DNA of 63,350 nucleotides, counting the filler, from Reclinomonas americana ATCC 50394 (lineage: Eukaryota): assembly GCA_048213135.1 (NCBI GenBank). It is 7 parts of 3 records of this genome, joined end to end, with 100 filler letters (N's around TTAATTAATTAA, not from the genome) between each part and the next. Parts side by side here need not be neighbours in the genome. Positions count along the whole stretch, not along the records: positions 61,189 to 63,350 come from PS015055.1; 6 more parts are not named here. One strand, 5' to 3'. Under the pieces are notes generated by a model. The model had not been told where the DNA came from, made no database searches, and saw only the letters and a program-made list of their open reading frames with translations. This document shows positions 62,231 to 63,350 of this stretch, in pieces (position 1 is the stretch's first letter; each line of letters begins with the position of its first letter). The position numbers and the translations under genes were made by a program.

Positions 62231-62930
62231 CCAAGAAGCGCTCAATGAACTTGCTCTTCTCCTCCAGCGACAGGCACGGATGCTCAATGAAGCACAGTAA
62301 CGCTCATCACACTGTGCGAAGGACTCACTATCTCTGACGTATCTTCTCCACACAACTCACTCCGTCGCCTTCACTCTGTCCTGTTTGTCCTTCTTGCAGC
62401 CAAGTTTCGTTTCAGGCAGCCGTCTGTGCGTAGCCGCGATTGCTTAGTATGCAAGGCGTCACTACACTAGGTACCGCGATGCCCCAAGCAACTCTGTGCA
62501 CAGGTTCGAATTCGACGTCACACGAAAATCGATATCGAATACTAATCCTTGCCAAGCGCCAGGTCACAGTTGCGAGTGTCAGGAGCAAGGCACAGGGTGA
62601 AGGGAGTGAGCGCAGAAGGTCACCACAGGGGGGCGCAAGGGAAGCATGTTGACATCGAAGTTCGAATTCGCGCAAATGCATACGAGCTCGCTATCGATTG
62701 CGACGTCGAGAGTTCAGGGAGCGGCAACTTCCGGCCGGATCCGGATCCCTGCCTCCAATCAGCTACCAGCGGTACAGATACGCCCGCTCGGACTCCCTTT
62801 GCATCGACATCGGCGTCGCATTACCAAACACGGAGATTATTGGCAATAACGCCCGTTGCAATTTTCACGAGAATTGAGCTGCGTTTTAGTCCCGTGTTCG
62901 CGTGCGTGCGTGTGAGAGAGAGCAAGAGAG

Positions 62931-63093
62931 ATGATCAGTGCTGCCAGTGGCGATGAGGACGCGAGCAAAAGCAGACAGGAAGAGGAGGAAGAGGAAGAGG
63001 AAGAGGCCGTCACATGCGCCGACTTTGACTCCATGTGGCGCCTGCTGTCGCCGGGGTTGGAGGATGGCACCGGAGTCTGGTTCTTTGCCTACG
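62931..63093 (+). CDS. Possible first exon of a gamma-glutamylcyclotransferase/ChaC-like protein
   Basis: The exon ends 'GVWFFAYG|gtaag', resembling the N-terminal W.F(G/A)YGS motif of GGCT/ChaC. Only one motif is visible. Confidence 0.4.
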
Positions 63094-63184
63094 GTAAGAG
63101 CGAGGGAGAGAGGGAGAGGGGGGGAGGGAGAGGGGGGGAGGGAGAGAGAGAGAGCAATGCACGAGCGCATGCATTGTCCACTCC

Positions 63185-63260
<76 letters not shown>

Positions 63261-63350
63261 AGAGAGTAGAGTAGTAGTACGTACGGACCGGTAACCGGAA
63301 ACTAACTTAACTTACGTTAGTTCGGTTAGGTACGTTACGGTTAGTTTCGG

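Noticed and set aside
61189-62400. Short ORFs and an AAACCCCTAA telo-box-like motif on the last scaffold
   Set aside because: No coding signature, and a single imperfect motif is not significant.
62495-62520. GGTTCGAATTC as a tRNA T-loop
   Set aside because: The flanks do not form a T-stem, and no cloverleaf is evident.

Overview
This is intron-rich, GC-rich eukaryotic (protist-like) draft genome sequence in the standard genetic code; I cannot identify the species. It is seven scaffolds joined by N-TTAATTAATTAA-N spacers, with many internal gaps, several flipped contigs and pyrosequencing-type noise at contig ends. Recognisable genes: two tandem TPR-repeat paralogs, a Crinkler-type NTPase-REase gene, SSRP1/Pob3, an ankyrin-repeat gene apparently ending in a RhoGDI-like domain, a secreted peptidase C45 (Ntn-hydrolase), FIP1, AP-1 sigma and a possible GGCT/ChaC first exon. 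About half the window is a multigene family I do not recognise (4 near-complete copies plus 3 fragments). Each copy encodes an NLS-bearing N-terminus and five tandem ~235-aa modules, each built from the same 5-exon cassette, with conserved HH-x8-CxxC residues and two hypervariable patches. Splicing is also unusual: one-nucleotide-shifted 5' splice sites (GTTGCG, GTTGAGT) recur in at least 7 unrelated genes, and a GC-AG intron is fixed in modules 4-5 of the repeat family. All gene models were spliced by eye and need RNA-seq confirmation.
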